Below are positions 30,866 through 40,597 of a stretch of DNA of 64,000 nucleotides, piece after piece; positions within the stretch are counted from its first letter, which is position 1; each line of letters opens with the position of its first letter. The DNA is taken from NCBI GenBank assembly GCA_016866775.1, contig VGLJ01000002.1:28174-92173 (forward strand). The letters are read 5' to 3'. The position numbers and the translations under genes are program-made. A model generated the notes under the pieces. It was not told the DNA's origin, searched no databases, and saw only the letters and a list, made by a program, of their open reading frames with translations. The DNA is from Candidatus Rokuibacteriota bacterium (GTDB lineage: Bacteria > Methylomirabilota > Methylomirabilia > Rokubacteriales > CSP1-6).

Positions 30866-31485
30866 CGTCCTCGCTCGTAAAGCGTGAGGTAGTGATTCAT
30901 CTCCTCAACGCACCGATCCATCACTGCGATCTCTTTCGTGAGCTTCGTCAGCAGCATCGCGCCTTCGAGCGATGCCACGAGGAAGTGGGCGACCGCCTGC
31001 GGTCGACACGCCTCGTTCAGCTCGCCGCGCGCCTGCGCCTCCTCGAGCGCCCGGGTCAGGCGCGCGTTCCAGCGCGCGAACAGCCCCGCGAGGCGCGTGC
31101 GGAACCCCTCGTGGACGTCCGCGAGCTCTGCCGCCAGGTTCCCGAAGAGGCAGCCTCCCACACAGTTGCGCGCCTCCACGGCCTCACGCACGCGGCCGAG
31201 GAAGCAGCGGATCTGATCGACCCGCGGCGCGTCGGTATCGGCGAAGCACGGCTCGATCCCCCGGGTGATGAAGCTGTCGATGACCCGGTCAAGGATCGCG
31301 AAGCCGAGGTCTTCCTTGCTCTTGAAGTAGTGATAGAAGTTGCCTTTTCCGACTCCGCTGGCGCTCAGGACGTCATCGAGCGTCGTGCTCTGGTAGCCCT
31401 TGAGGTGGATCAGGCGGGTCGCCGCCTCGATCACCGCCTCGCGGGTGCCCTTGCCTTCTTTCGCCCGGGTCGCTGTCGCCGTCAT
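30862..31485 (-). CDS. TetR-family transcriptional regulator (ATG at 31483-85; alternative TTG at 31500); overlaps the ECF sigma start
   Basis: N-terminal HTH TRLIHLKGYQSTTLDDVLSASGVGKGNFYHYFKSKEDL. Confidence 0.85.
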   Translation of the reverse strand: MTATATRAKEGKGTREAVIEAATRLIHLKGYQSTTLDDVLSASGVGKGNFYHYFKSKEDLGFAILDRVIDSFITRGIEPCFADTDAPRVDQIRCFLGRVREAVEARNCVGGCLFGNLAAELADVHEGFRTRLAGLFARWNARLTRALEEAQARGELNEACRPQAVAHFLVASLEGAMLLTKLTKEIAVMDRCVEEMNHYLTLYERGR

Positions 31486-31493
31486 CTCGCTCT

Positions 31494-31538
31494 GTACCAA
31501 CTAGTCGGTACAATACCGACCGTTGCGCGTCGTGTCAA
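31494..31538 (-). promoter_or_regulatory. TetR promoter TTGACA-N17-TATTGT with overlapping palindromic operator GTACCAACTAGTCGGTAC / CGGTAcaaTACCG
   Basis: Perfect -35 hexamer, 17-nt spacer, 18-bp palindrome (8/9 arm matches) between the -10 and the start codon. Confidence 0.5.
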
Positions 31539-31633
31539 CAGGTGTGTCCGAGACCCCTGAGACCCCGTGCGACGCCTGACGTGAAAGCGGGGTTCGAGCG
31601 CCGGCTTCGCCGGCGCAACTCCTGGGGGGAGTG

Positions 31634-31659
31634 TCGAGGGGGGCCGTCGAGGCCCCCTC
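31634..31659 (-). terminator. hairpin CGAGGGGGGCC-gtcga-GGCCCCCTCG after the nuoN stop
   Basis: 10-bp GC stem 4 nt downstream of the stop codon. Confidence 0.5.
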
Positions 31660-31662
31660 GAG

Positions 31663-33090
31663 TCAGAAGAGAGGGGTGGCGACCCGAAGCGCGGCCATCA
31701 CCAGGGGCTTCGGGTACACGCCGAGCACGACGACCCCGAGCACGCAGAGCAGGAGCGCGATCGCCAGCGTCGGCGCCACGCGGATGCGCGCCGCGCGCTC
31801 CGGCGCCTCGATGTACATCCGCTTCGCGATGACGAGGTAGTAGAAGAGCGCCACGACGGTGAGGATCGCGCCGACGAGCACGAGCCAGTAGAGGCCGGCC
31901 GCCGCCGCCGCCCAGAAGACGTAGAGCTTCGCCCAGAAGCCCGCAACGAACGGGATCCCGCCGAGCGAGAGCAGGAAGAGCAGCATCGACAGCGCGAGGA
32001 GCGGCGAGCGCTGCGCGAGGCCGCGGAACGCGGCGGTGCTTTCCGACCCTTCGAAGCGCGCGACGGCGTCGACCACGAGGAACGCGCCCATGTTCCCGAA
32101 CACGTACGCGACGAGATAGAAGAGCACCATCGCCGTGCCGGAGGCGGAGGCCGCGGCGAAGCCGACCAGCATGTAGCCGATCTGCGCGATCCCGGAGTAC
32201 GCGAGGAGCCGCTTCGTGTTCTGCTGCGGAAGCGCCATCAGGTTGCCCGCCAGCATCGTGATCGTCGCCAGCCCGGCGGCGATCGGGATCCATGCCACGA
32301 CCCGCTCGCCCGCGCCCTCGTAGTACACGCGGAAGAGCGCGACGAAGCCCGCGGCCTTCGGCGCGACGCTGAGCCACGCGACGAACGGCGTACTCGCCGC
32401 CTCGTAGGTGTCGGGCACCCACATGTGGAACGGAAACGCGGCGATCTTGAACGCGAAGCCGGCGAACGCGGCGAGCAGGCCGAGCACGAGCAGCGGCGAG
32501 CCCGCGGCGAAGGCTTTCGCCACGCCCGCGAGGCTCGTCGTCCCCGCCGCGCCGTAGACGAACGACAGCCCGTACGCCATGACCGCGGACGACACGCTCC
32601 CGACGAGGAAGAACTTGAGCGCGGCCTCCACGGCGATCGCGTCGCGCTTGACGAAGCCCGAGAGCACGTAGAGCGGGATCGACATCAGCTCGAACGCGAG
32701 AAAGAGCAGGATCAGATCGCGCGCGGACGCCAGCACGCACATGCCGAGGAGCGACGTGAGCACGAGCAAGTGGTACTCGCCCGATCGCCGCGCGAAGACC
32801 GGGTCGGTCGACGAGAGCCCCGCGAGCAGGCCGATGAACGTCGCGATCAGGAAGAGCCGCTTGGCGAAGATCGCCAGGCCGTCGAGCACGAACATCCCGC
32901 CGAGGGCCGGGGGGACCGTCGACGCCGGCGCCACGAGGAAGCTCCCGGCGAGCACGACCAGCACACCGATCGTGGCGAGCCATCCGATCGCGCGGCGGTC
33001 GTCGCCGCGCGCGAAGAGCGTGGCGAGGAACACGAGCAGCACCAGTACGCCGAGGCCGATCTCCAGCGCGAAGGGCGACGTGACCGTCAC
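31663..33090 (-). CDS. nuoN: NADH-quinone oxidoreductase subunit N (cluster 2), GTG start overlapping the nuoM stop
   Basis: 14-TM antiporter-like subunit; NuoN-family sequence. Confidence 0.9.
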   Translation of the reverse strand: MTVTSPFALEIGLGVLVLLVFLATLFARGDDRRAIGWLATIGVLVVLAGSFLVAPASTVPPALGGMFVLDGLAIFAKRLFLIATFIGLLAGLSSTDPVFARRSGEYHLLVLTSLLGMCVLASARDLILLFLAFELMSIPLYVLSGFVKRDAIAVEAALKFFLVGSVSSAVMAYGLSFVYGAAGTTSLAGVAKAFAAGSPLLVLGLLAAFAGFAFKIAAFPFHMWVPDTYEAASTPFVAWLSVAPKAAGFVALFRVYYEGAGERVVAWIPIAAGLATITMLAGNLMALPQQNTKRLLAYSGIAQIGYMLVGFAAASASGTAMVLFYLVAYVFGNMGAFLVVDAVARFEGSESTAAFRGLAQRSPLLALSMLLFLLSLGGIPFVAGFWAKLYVFWAAAAAGLYWLVLVGAILTVVALFYYLVIAKRMYIEAPERAARIRVAPTLAIALLLCVLGVVVLGVYPKPLVMAALRVATPLF

Positions 33091-34613
33091 GGGCTCACGA
33101 TCCTCGCGAGCAGGGGCACGGTGGCGGTGTCGACGGGCACGAGCGCGAGGCCGGGCGCCATGCCGAACAGCACGAGCGTGAACACCAGCACCACGATCGC
33201 GACCCACTCCGGTCCCCGCGCGTCGACGAGATCGTGGAAGTGTGGCGACGGCGGGCCCCAGAAGATCTGGCGGACCACGCGCAGCACGTAGACCGCGGTG
33301 AGCAGCGTGCCGAGGACCGCGGGCCACAGCCACCAGCGGTGATCGGAGCGCCACGCGCCCATGAACGTCAGCACCTCGGCGACGAACCCGGCCGTGGCCG
33401 GCAGCCCGAGCGACGACAGGCCGCCGATCGTGAACGCGGTCGCGATGCCGGGCATCGCCGCGCCGAACCCGCCCATCTTGAAGATCTCGCGCGAGTGCGC
33501 CTTCTCGTACACGAGCCCCACCAGCGCGAAGAAGAGGCCGGTCATCACGCCGTGCGCGAACATCTGAAAGACGGAGCCGTTCAGGCCGGCTTCCGTGAGC
33601 GTCGCCGCGCCCAGCATCACGAGGCCCATGTGCGAGACCGACGAGTACGCGATCACGTACTTGAGGTCGACCTGCGCCATCGCCGACAGCGCCCCGTAGA
33701 CGACGTTGATGCACGCGATGCCGCCCACCAGCCACGCGAGGTCCACGGCCCCTTCGGGCAGGAGGCCCATGCCCACGCGCACGACGCCGTACGCGCCGAG
33801 CTTCATCAGCACGCCCGCGTGGAGCATCGAGACCGCCGTCGGCGCGGAGGCGTGGCCGTCCGGCGACCAGGTATGCAGGGGCCAGATGCCGGCGAGGATG
33901 CCGAAGCCGACGTAGAACGCGAGAAAGACCCAGCGCTGGACCCCGAACTCGAACGTGATCGCCTCGAGGTCGAGGAACGAGAACGAGGCGGCGCCGGCAT
34001 TGACGTAGAGTGCGAAGATCCCCACGAGGATGAACGCCGACCCGAAGAGCAGGTAGAGGGTCAGCTTCATCGCCGCGTACTCCTTCGTCCCCACGCCGGT
34101 CTCGCGGAACGCCCACGCGAAGATCCCGCGCGGCCTCACCTCGCCGCTCGAGCCCCAGATGCCGATGAGCAGGTACATCGGGAGCACGGCGAGCTCGTAG
34201 AAGAGGAAGAGGACGAAGAGATCGAGCGAGCAGAAGACGCCGTAGACCCCGGTGACGAGCGCGAGCAGCAGCGCGTAGAACTCCTGGCTCCGCGTCTGCA
34301 CCGTCCACGACGCGAACACGCCCGTGAAGATGATGATCGAGGTGAGCAGCACCATCAGCAGGCTCATGCCGTCGACGCCGAGCTCGTACGAGATCCCGAG
34401 CGGCGGGACGAGCGACAGCTTCTCGTAGAACTGGAAGCCCGCCGCCTCGGTGTCGTACGCCACGTAGATCCACAGCGAGAGGACCGTGGAGATACCCGTC
34501 GTCACGACCGCGATCAGGCGGACCAGGAGCGGCCGGTGGCGCGCCAGGGACATGATCAGCAGCGCGCCGATGAACGGCGACCACGTGATGACGGACAGAA
34601 GCGGAAACCTCAC
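33087..34613 (-). CDS. nuoM: NADH-quinone oxidoreductase subunit M (cluster 2), GTG start overlapping the nuoL stop
   Basis: NuoM/ND4 family signature (WLPDAM-like HTWSPDGH..., antiporter fold). Confidence 0.9.
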   Translation of the reverse strand: MRFPLLSVITWSPFIGALLIMSLARHRPLLVRLIAVVTTGISTVLSLWIYVAYDTEAAGFQFYEKLSLVPPLGISYELGVDGMSLLMVLLTSIIIFTGVFASWTVQTRSQEFYALLLALVTGVYGVFCSLDLFVLFLFYELAVLPMYLLIGIWGSSGEVRPRGIFAWAFRETGVGTKEYAAMKLTLYLLFGSAFILVGIFALYVNAGAASFSFLDLEAITFEFGVQRWVFLAFYVGFGILAGIWPLHTWSPDGHASAPTAVSMLHAGVLMKLGAYGVVRVGMGLLPEGAVDLAWLVGGIACINVVYGALSAMAQVDLKYVIAYSSVSHMGLVMLGAATLTEAGLNGSVFQMFAHGVMTGLFFALVGLVYEKAHSREIFKMGGFGAAMPGIATAFTIGGLSSLGLPATAGFVAEVLTFMGAWRSDHRWWLWPAVLGTLLTAVYVLRVVRQIFWGPPSPHFHDLVDARGPEWVAIVVLVFTLVLFGMAPGLALVPVDTATVPLLARIVSP

Positions 34614-36433
34614 GGCGTCCGCCACCACCGCGCCCAGACCAGCAGCAGCAGCACGCCGAAGGCGACGCCGTAGACGTAATCCTGCGCCTGCCCGCTCTGG
34701 ATCCGGCGGAGCGCGTCGCCCGCGCGCAGGCTCCACGCGCTGCAGACGTTCAGGATGCCGTCGACCACGTAGCGATCGATCCAGCCGACGACGCGCGAGA
34801 ACCCGAGCATCAGCCCGCGGTAGATGCCGCCGTAGATCGCGTCGAGGAAGTAGCGCCGGCGCGCGAGGAAGTCGATGGTCGCGAGCGGGCGGCGCACGAG
34901 CTCGACCGGGATGACGCCCGTGCCGTACATCGCCCACGCGAGCGCGATCCCGCCGCCCGCGAGCGCGAGCGAGAGAACGGTCAACCACACCGGCGGGTGG
35001 TGATCGCCGGGCGCGCCGATCACGAAGCGCACGCCGATCGCGACCGTGAGTGCCGCGAGCAGCCACAGCGGCCCGCGCATCAGCCACGGCGGGTCGTGCG
35101 GAGGGTGCGTGTCGCCGTGCGGATGACCGGGCCCGAAGAACGTGATGAAGACCACGCGGAACATGTAGAACGCCGTGAGGAACGCGGTGACCGCGAGCGC
35201 CACGAACACGCCCGGCCGGCCGCCGGCCACGACGCCTTCGAGGATCGCCTCCTTCGAGAAGAAGCCCGCGAGCGGCCACACGCCGGCCAGCGCCAGCGTG
35301 CCGGCGATGAACACGATGCCGGTGTGCGGCATGAACCGCCAGAGCCCGCCCATGCGGAAGATGTCGTTGGTGCCGACGGCGTGGATGACCGCGCCCGCGC
35401 CGAGGAAGAGCAGCGCCTTGAACACGCCGTGCGTGAGGAGATGGAAGAAGCCCGCGGCCGCGGCGCCCGCGCCCGCGGCGGCCAGCATGTACCCGAGCTG
35501 CGAGACCGTGGAGTACGCGAGCACGCGCTTGATGTCGCTCTCGACGCACGCCATCGTCGCGGCGAGGAGCGCGGTGAACGCGCCGACGCGCGCGACGATC
35601 GTGAGCACGGCCGGCACGAGCACGAGCAGCGGCTCGGAGCGCGCCACGAGGAAGACGCCGGCCGTCACCATCGTGGCCGCGTGGATGAGGGCGGACACGG
35701 GCGTCGGCCCCTCCATCGCGTCCGGCAGCCACACGTGCAGCGGGAACTGCGCCGACTTTCCGACGGCGCCCAGGTAGATCAGGAACATGATCGTGGTGAG
35801 GCCCTCGAGCGGCAGCGTCTGGTCCTTCGCCATCCGGAACAGCGCCTCGAACTCGAAGGTGCCGGTGTTCGACCACAGCATCACGATGCCGGCGACGAAG
35901 CCGAGATCCCCGAGCTTGGTCGTCCAGAACGCCTTCACCGCGGCGCGCGCCGCCGCCGGCCGCGTGTACCAGAAGCCGATCAGCAGGTACGAGCACAGAC
36001 CGACCAGCTCCCAGAACACGAACATCTGGAGGTACGTCGGCGAGAGCACGAGCCCGAGCATCGAGAACGCGAACAGCGACTGGTACACGTAGTAGCGGCC
36101 GAGCGAGCGCGGCGGCTCGTCGTCGAGATACGCGAGCGAGTAGACCTGCACCAGCAGCGACACCAGCGTGACGAGCACGAGCATCGGCGCCGACAGGCCG
36201 TCGAGCAGCAGCCCGACGGTGGCCATCGGGCCGCCGTCGCCCGGCAGCCACGGCACGATCAGCGACCCGCGCGCGCCGTCGCGCCAGATCACGAGCGCCG
36301 TCACGAACGCGGCCGCCGTCGCGGCGGTGCTCACCCAGCCCGCGAGCACGCCGCGCCGGCGCAGCGGCGCCGCGAGCGAGAGGAGGAGAAAGACGGCGAA
36401 CGGCAGCGCGAGGACGACGAGCGGCTTATCCAC
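34610..36433 (-). CDS. nuoL: NADH-quinone oxidoreductase subunit L (cluster 2)
   Basis: NuoL/ND5 signature (...FPLHVWLPDAMEGPTPVSALIHAATMVTAGV...), 607 aa. Confidence 0.9.
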   Translation of the reverse strand: MDKPLVVLALPFAVFLLLSLAAPLRRRGVLAGWVSTAATAAAFVTALVIWRDGARGSLIVPWLPGDGGPMATVGLLLDGLSAPMLVLVTLVSLLVQVYSLAYLDDEPPRSLGRYYVYQSLFAFSMLGLVLSPTYLQMFVFWELVGLCSYLLIGFWYTRPAAARAAVKAFWTTKLGDLGFVAGIVMLWSNTGTFEFEALFRMAKDQTLPLEGLTTIMFLIYLGAVGKSAQFPLHVWLPDAMEGPTPVSALIHAATMVTAGVFLVARSEPLLVLVPAVLTIVARVGAFTALLAATMACVESDIKRVLAYSTVSQLGYMLAAAGAGAAAAGFFHLLTHGVFKALLFLGAGAVIHAVGTNDIFRMGGLWRFMPHTGIVFIAGTLALAGVWPLAGFFSKEAILEGVVAGGRPGVFVALAVTAFLTAFYMFRVVFITFFGPGHPHGDTHPPHDPPWLMRGPLWLLAALTVAIGVRFVIGAPGDHHPPVWLTVLSLALAGGGIALAWAMYGTGVIPVELVRRPLATIDFLARRRYFLDAIYGGIYRGLMLGFSRVVGWIDRYVVDGILNVCSAWSLRAGDALRRIQSGQAQDYVYGVAFGVLLLLVWARWWRTP

Positions 36434-36734
36434 GGAGCAGATCGAGCCGGTCGGCGTCGATGGTGCGACGCACGCGGAAGATGACGATGACGATGGCGAG
36501 ACCGACGGCGACCTCGGCGACCGTGATCGCGATGGTGAACAGCGCGAACAGGAGGCCGATCGGATCGCCGTGCAGCCGCGCGAACGCGACGAGGTTGATG
36601 TTGACCGCGTTCAGCATGAGCTCGATGCCGAGGAGGATCCCGACCGCGTTGCGCCGGGTGAGGACGCCGAAGAGCCCGATCGCGAACACGAGGGCGGCGA
36701 CCACCAGGTAGGAGTGGAGCCCGGGCACGCTCAA
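36426..36734 (-). CDS. nuoK: NADH-quinone oxidoreductase subunit K (cluster 2)
   Basis: GIELMLNAVNINLVAF signature; paralog of 6189..6491. Confidence 0.9.
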   Translation of the reverse strand: MSVPGLHSYLVVAALVFAIGLFGVLTRRNAVGILLGIELMLNAVNINLVAFARLHGDPIGLLFALFTIAITVAEVAVGLAIVIVIFRVRRTIDADRLDLLRG

Positions 36735-37231
36735 TCCTCGCGCGCGAAGTAGAGCGCGCCGAGCAGGGCGATGACGAGCAGTACGCCGAGGAGCTCGAAC
36801 GGCACCGCGTAGGGACCGAGGATCGCCCGCGCGAGCGCGACGGTCTGGTCGCCGCCGGGCGGCGGCGTCGCCGGTGCGGCCGGCGCGGGCCCCGATTGCA
36901 CGAGGAAGCCGACGATGCCCACGAACACGGCCACGGAGACGATGACGCCGTTGACGAGGTCGTGGCTCGACTGGCGGATCCTGAGCCCCACGATCCGCTC
37001 GGTCAGCATGATCGCGAAGACCACGAGCACGACCACACCGCCCGCGTAGAGCAGCAGCTGGACGCCGAAGAGGAACGGCGCGTGGAGAAAGAGGAAGACG
37101 ACGCCGGTGGCGACGAGGGCCACGGCGAGGAAGAGCACCGAGTGGAAGAGGTTCGGCGTGAGCACGACCGCCAGGCTCGAGGCCAGCAGCACCACGGCTA
37201 CGGCCCAGAACCCCGCGGTCGCGGCGGTCAC
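36731..37231 (-). CDS. nuoJ: NADH-quinone oxidoreductase subunit J (cluster 2), GTG start
   Basis: Hydrophobic NuoJ-like sequence; GTGA overlap with the nuoI stop. Confidence 0.85.
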   Translation of the reverse strand: MTAATAGFWAVAVVLLASSLAVVLTPNLFHSVLFLAVALVATGVVFLFLHAPFLFGVQLLLYAGGVVVLVVFAIMLTERIVGLRIRQSSHDLVNGVIVSVAVFVGIVGFLVQSGPAPAAPATPPPGGDQTVALARAILGPYAVPFELLGVLLVIALLGALYFARED

Positions 37232-37791
37232 TCGGTCGACTCCTTCGCCTCTCCCTTCGCGGCCGGCGCCTTCGCCGGCTTCGGCGGCGCCTGCATGTCG
37301 CGGAGCCTGTTGCCCGTCGCCCACGACGGCTCGAAGTCGAGACCGATCGCGTGCAGCCGGTCCTTGTCGAGGAGGAGCTCGCGGCGGTCGGCCGTCGCGA
37401 GGTCGAACGACTTCATCATGATGATCGCGTCGGTCGGGCAGACCTGCACGCACAGCTCGCAGAACTCGCACGCGTAGAGCTCGAGCTGGAAGACCTTCGC
37501 GAAGTTCCGCTTCTCGGCCTTCAGCATCTCGACCTTGATCACCTGCGGCGGGCAGATGTACTCGCAGAGCCGGCAGCCGATGCAGTTCTCCTCGCCCGTC
37601 TCCTTGTCGTAGGTGAGCGCGAGGATCCCGCGGAAGCGGTCGGGGTAGAGGCGCTTGACGTCGGGATAGTGCACGGTGACCGGCTTGCGGCCGAGGTTCT
37701 TCAGCGTCACGCCCATCGCGCGTCCCACCGCGCGCACGAGCCGGCCGAAGTCGCTCCAGAACCCGGCGCCGTTGCGCGCTGCCTCAGGCAC
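37228..37791 (-). CDS. nuoI: NADH-quinone oxidoreductase subunit I (cluster 2)
   Basis: CIGCRLCEYICP and CEFCELCVQVCP ferredoxin motifs. Confidence 0.9.
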   Translation of the reverse strand: MPEAARNGAGFWSDFGRLVRAVGRAMGVTLKNLGRKPVTVHYPDVKRLYPDRFRGILALTYDKETGEENCIGCRLCEYICPPQVIKVEMLKAEKRNFAKVFQLELYACEFCELCVQVCPTDAIIMMKSFDLATADRRELLLDKDRLHAIGLDFEPSWATGNRLRDMQAPPKPAKAPAAKGEAKESTE

Positions 37792-38770
37792 CGGCCCCTC
37801 CGCGCAGCGCGACCCAGAACGCGGTCACGAGCAGCAGGCCCAGCGTCGCCGGCAGCAGCAGCTTCCACGACACCGCGAGGATCTGGTCCACGCGGATGCG
37901 CACGAAGCTCCAGCGCACCCACGTGACGACGAGAAAGACCAGCATCGCCTTCAGGAGGAACCAGAGCACGCCGATCGCCGGGATGTCGGAGCCGGGGCCC
38001 AGCCAGCCGCCGAGGAAGAGCAGCGCGCCGAGGAAGGAGCTCGCGATCATGTGGGCGTACTCGCCGAGCTGGATGATCGCGAACTTCATCCCGCTGTACT
38101 CGACGCGGAAGCCCGCGACCAGCTCCGACTCCGCCTCGAGGATGTCGAACGGCACGCGGTTCTCGGCGGCGAGCGTCGCGACGAGGAACGCGACGAAGCC
38201 GAGCTGGCCGATGACCGGATACGCGACGAACCAGAGGCCCTGCTGCGCGGCGACGATCGCGGACATCTGCAGCGAGCCGGCGAGCACCACCGGGATGAGC
38301 GCGGCGAAGACGAACGGCAGGTCGTAGGAGATGATCTGGTTCACCGCGCGCATCGCGCTCAGCAGCGCGTACTTGTTGTTCGAGCCCCAGCCGCCCATGA
38401 AGAGGCCGACGATCTCGAGCGACGACACCGCGAGGAAGAACAGCACGCCGATGTTGAGGTCGGCGAGGCCCAGCCGGGGCGCGAACGGGATCGTCGCGAA
38501 GATGAGCACGCACGGGATGAGGAACACGATCGGCGCGAGGTTGTAGACCCACCGGTCGGCCGCGCGCGGCACGATGTCTTCCTTCATCATCAGCTTGAGC
38601 GCGTCGGCGATCGGCTGCAGCAGCCCGTGCGGGCCGACGCGGTACGGCCCGATCCGCGACTGCATCCGCGCCGCGAACTTGCGCTCGAGAAGCGTCACGT
38701 ACGTGACCATCCCGATCACGGCGTTGAGCAGGATGAAGGCGGCGAGCGCGTCCAGCGCGAGATGCTCCAT
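37784..38770 (-). CDS. nuoH: NADH-quinone oxidoreductase subunit H (cluster 2)
   Basis: NuoH/ND1 signature (ERKFAARMQSRIGPYRVGP..., EAESELVAGFRVEYSG). Confidence 0.95.
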   Translation of the reverse strand: MEHLALDALAAFILLNAVIGMVTYVTLLERKFAARMQSRIGPYRVGPHGLLQPIADALKLMMKEDIVPRAADRWVYNLAPIVFLIPCVLIFATIPFAPRLGLADLNIGVLFFLAVSSLEIVGLFMGGWGSNNKYALLSAMRAVNQIISYDLPFVFAALIPVVLAGSLQMSAIVAAQQGLWFVAYPVIGQLGFVAFLVATLAAENRVPFDILEAESELVAGFRVEYSGMKFAIIQLGEYAHMIASSFLGALLFLGGWLGPGSDIPAIGVLWFLLKAMLVFLVVTWVRWSFVRIRVDQILAVSWKLLLPATLGLLLVTAFWVALRGGAGA

Positions 38771-38773
38771 GGC

Positions 38774-39937
38774 CTAGCGGTCCACCTCGCCGAAGACCGG
38801 ATCCACGGAGCCCATGATGGCGACGACGTCCGCCACCTTGCAGCCCGGGATGATGTGCGGGAGGATCGCGAGGTTCGAGAACGAGGCGCCGCGCACCTTC
38901 ATGCGATAGGGCTTCGGGCCGCCGTCGGCGACGATGTAGAAGCCGATCTCGCCGCGCGCGCCCTCGACGCGCGCGTACCCTTCCCCCTTCGGCACGCGCA
39001 CCTGCCCGACCGACTTCACGCCCGGCCGCGACGAGATCGGCCCCTCGGGCAGCCCGTCGAGCGCCTGGCGGACGATCTTGATCGACTCGCGGAATTCGAC
39101 CATGCGCACGCGGTAGCGCGCGTAGCAGTCGCCCGCCGTCTCCACGGGCACCTTGAAGTCGAAGTCCTGGTAGGACGAGTACGGCTCCGCGCGGCGCAGG
39201 TCGAAGTCGATCCCGGAGCCGCGCGCGAGCGGGCCCGACACGCCGACCTCCTGCGCGAGGGTCGCGCTGATCACCCCGACGCCCTGCGTGCGCACGAGGA
39301 AGAACGCGTTGTCCTCGAGCATCGCCTCGTACTCGTCGAGGCGCTGCTCGATGAGCGCGATCGTCTCGCGGCACGTCTGCGCCCAGCCCGGCGGGATGTC
39401 GTAGCGCGTGCCGCCGACCTGGTGGAAGCCGTAGAGCAGGCGCGCGCCGGTGAGCGACTCGAAGAGATCGAGGATCAGCTCGCGCTCGCGGATGCAGTAG
39501 AGGAACACCGTGGCGCCGCCGCCGAGTGCCCCGCCCATGTCGAGGCACCACGTGCCGAGCCAGAGGCAGTGCGAGGCGATCCGCTGGAGCTCGGCGACGA
39601 TCACGCGCAGGTACTGCGCGCGCTTCGGGACCTCGAAGCTCGCCACCTTCTCAACGGCGGTGACGTAGGCGAGCTCGGCGGTCATCGCGGCCACGTAGTC
39701 CGTCTTCGACGCGATCGTCGGGTACTGCACGTACGTCAGCATCTCGCCGAGCTTCTCGTGACAGCGATGCAGGTAGCCGATGACCGCGTCGACGGCGACG
39801 ACGGTCTCGCCCTCGAGCGTGAGGATCGCGCGGAAGACGCCGTGGGCGGACGGGTGCTGCGGCCCCATGTTCATCACGAGGCGCTCGTTGCCCCCGTAGC
39901 CGAGCTCGATGACTTTCCGCGATTCGCTGTCCGCCAT
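38774..39937 (-). CDS. nuoD: NADH-quinone oxidoreductase subunit D (cluster 2); true start MADSESRKVIELGYGG
   Basis: NMGPQHPSAHGVFR...C-terminal GSVDPVFGEVDR. Confidence 0.9.
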   Translation of the reverse strand: MADSESRKVIELGYGGNERLVMNMGPQHPSAHGVFRAILTLEGETVVAVDAVIGYLHRCHEKLGEMLTYVQYPTIASKTDYVAAMTAELAYVTAVEKVASFEVPKRAQYLRVIVAELQRIASHCLWLGTWCLDMGGALGGGATVFLYCIRERELILDLFESLTGARLLYGFHQVGGTRYDIPPGWAQTCRETIALIEQRLDEYEAMLEDNAFFLVRTQGVGVISATLAQEVGVSGPLARGSGIDFDLRRAEPYSSYQDFDFKVPVETAGDCYARYRVRMVEFRESIKIVRQALDGLPEGPISSRPGVKSVGQVRVPKGEGYARVEGARGEIGFYIVADGGPKPYRMKVRGASFSNLAILPHIIPGCKVADVVAIMGSVDPVFGEVDR

Positions 39938-39942
39938 CCGGC

Positions 39943-40578
39943 CTACTTCATCGGCGAGGACGGCGCCGGGATCAGGATGATCGACTTCATGTCGACGAGC
40001 AGCGGCGTCGCCTTGCCGAGGAATGCCTGCCACTCGGGATCCGCGATCGCCCTGGCGCGCACCGACGCACGCTCGTTGAGGTCGCGGTACGCCCACATGT
40101 GCACGGCCTCGTTGAGCTGGCCCGCTTCCGTCTGCCACAGGCCCACGTTCTTCGAGTACTTCTCGCGCACGGGCATGATGTCCTTGATGTGGCCGATCCA
40201 TTCGCCGATCCGGCCCGTGTGCGACCGGTACCAGCGGAGCTCGTAGAGCCATCCGCTGTCCGCGGGCGGCTCGAGCGGCAGCTGCGGCGAGAGGATCTTG
40301 TTCTCCTGCGCGAGGATCAGCGTGCGGATGCGCGGCACGTACTCCTTCGTCCACGCGTCGTTCTTCGCGAGCTGACCGCGCAGCCGCTCGCGCTCGTCGA
40401 GGCTCGGATACTCCCAGAGGTGGACGTACCGGTTGAGCGTCCCGAACTCGGTCGTCCACGAGCCGGCGAGCCGGCCGTAGTCGTCACCGCGGATCTTGCG
40501 GCCGACCTCGACGTTCAGCTTGAGGTACTCGGGCAGCTTGCCCGGCGTCAGCGTGTAGGTGCGCAGCTCGTAGATCAT
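39943..40578 (-). CDS. tandem NIPSNAP-domain protein embedded between nuoC and nuoD of cluster 2
   Basis: Two repeats of YELRTYTL...G.W..E.G.LN..VHLWEY.SL.ER (second: YELRWYRSH...VHMWAYRDLNERA). Confidence 0.8.
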   Translation of the reverse strand: MIYELRTYTLTPGKLPEYLKLNVEVGRKIRGDDYGRLAGSWTTEFGTLNRYVHLWEYPSLDERERLRGQLAKNDAWTKEYVPRIRTLILAQENKILSPQLPLEPPADSGWLYELRWYRSHTGRIGEWIGHIKDIMPVREKYSKNVGLWQTEAGQLNEAVHMWAYRDLNERASVRARAIADPEWQAFLGKATPLLVDMKSIILIPAPSSPMK

Positions 40579-40597
40579 GCGTCCTTCCTCTCTCGCC

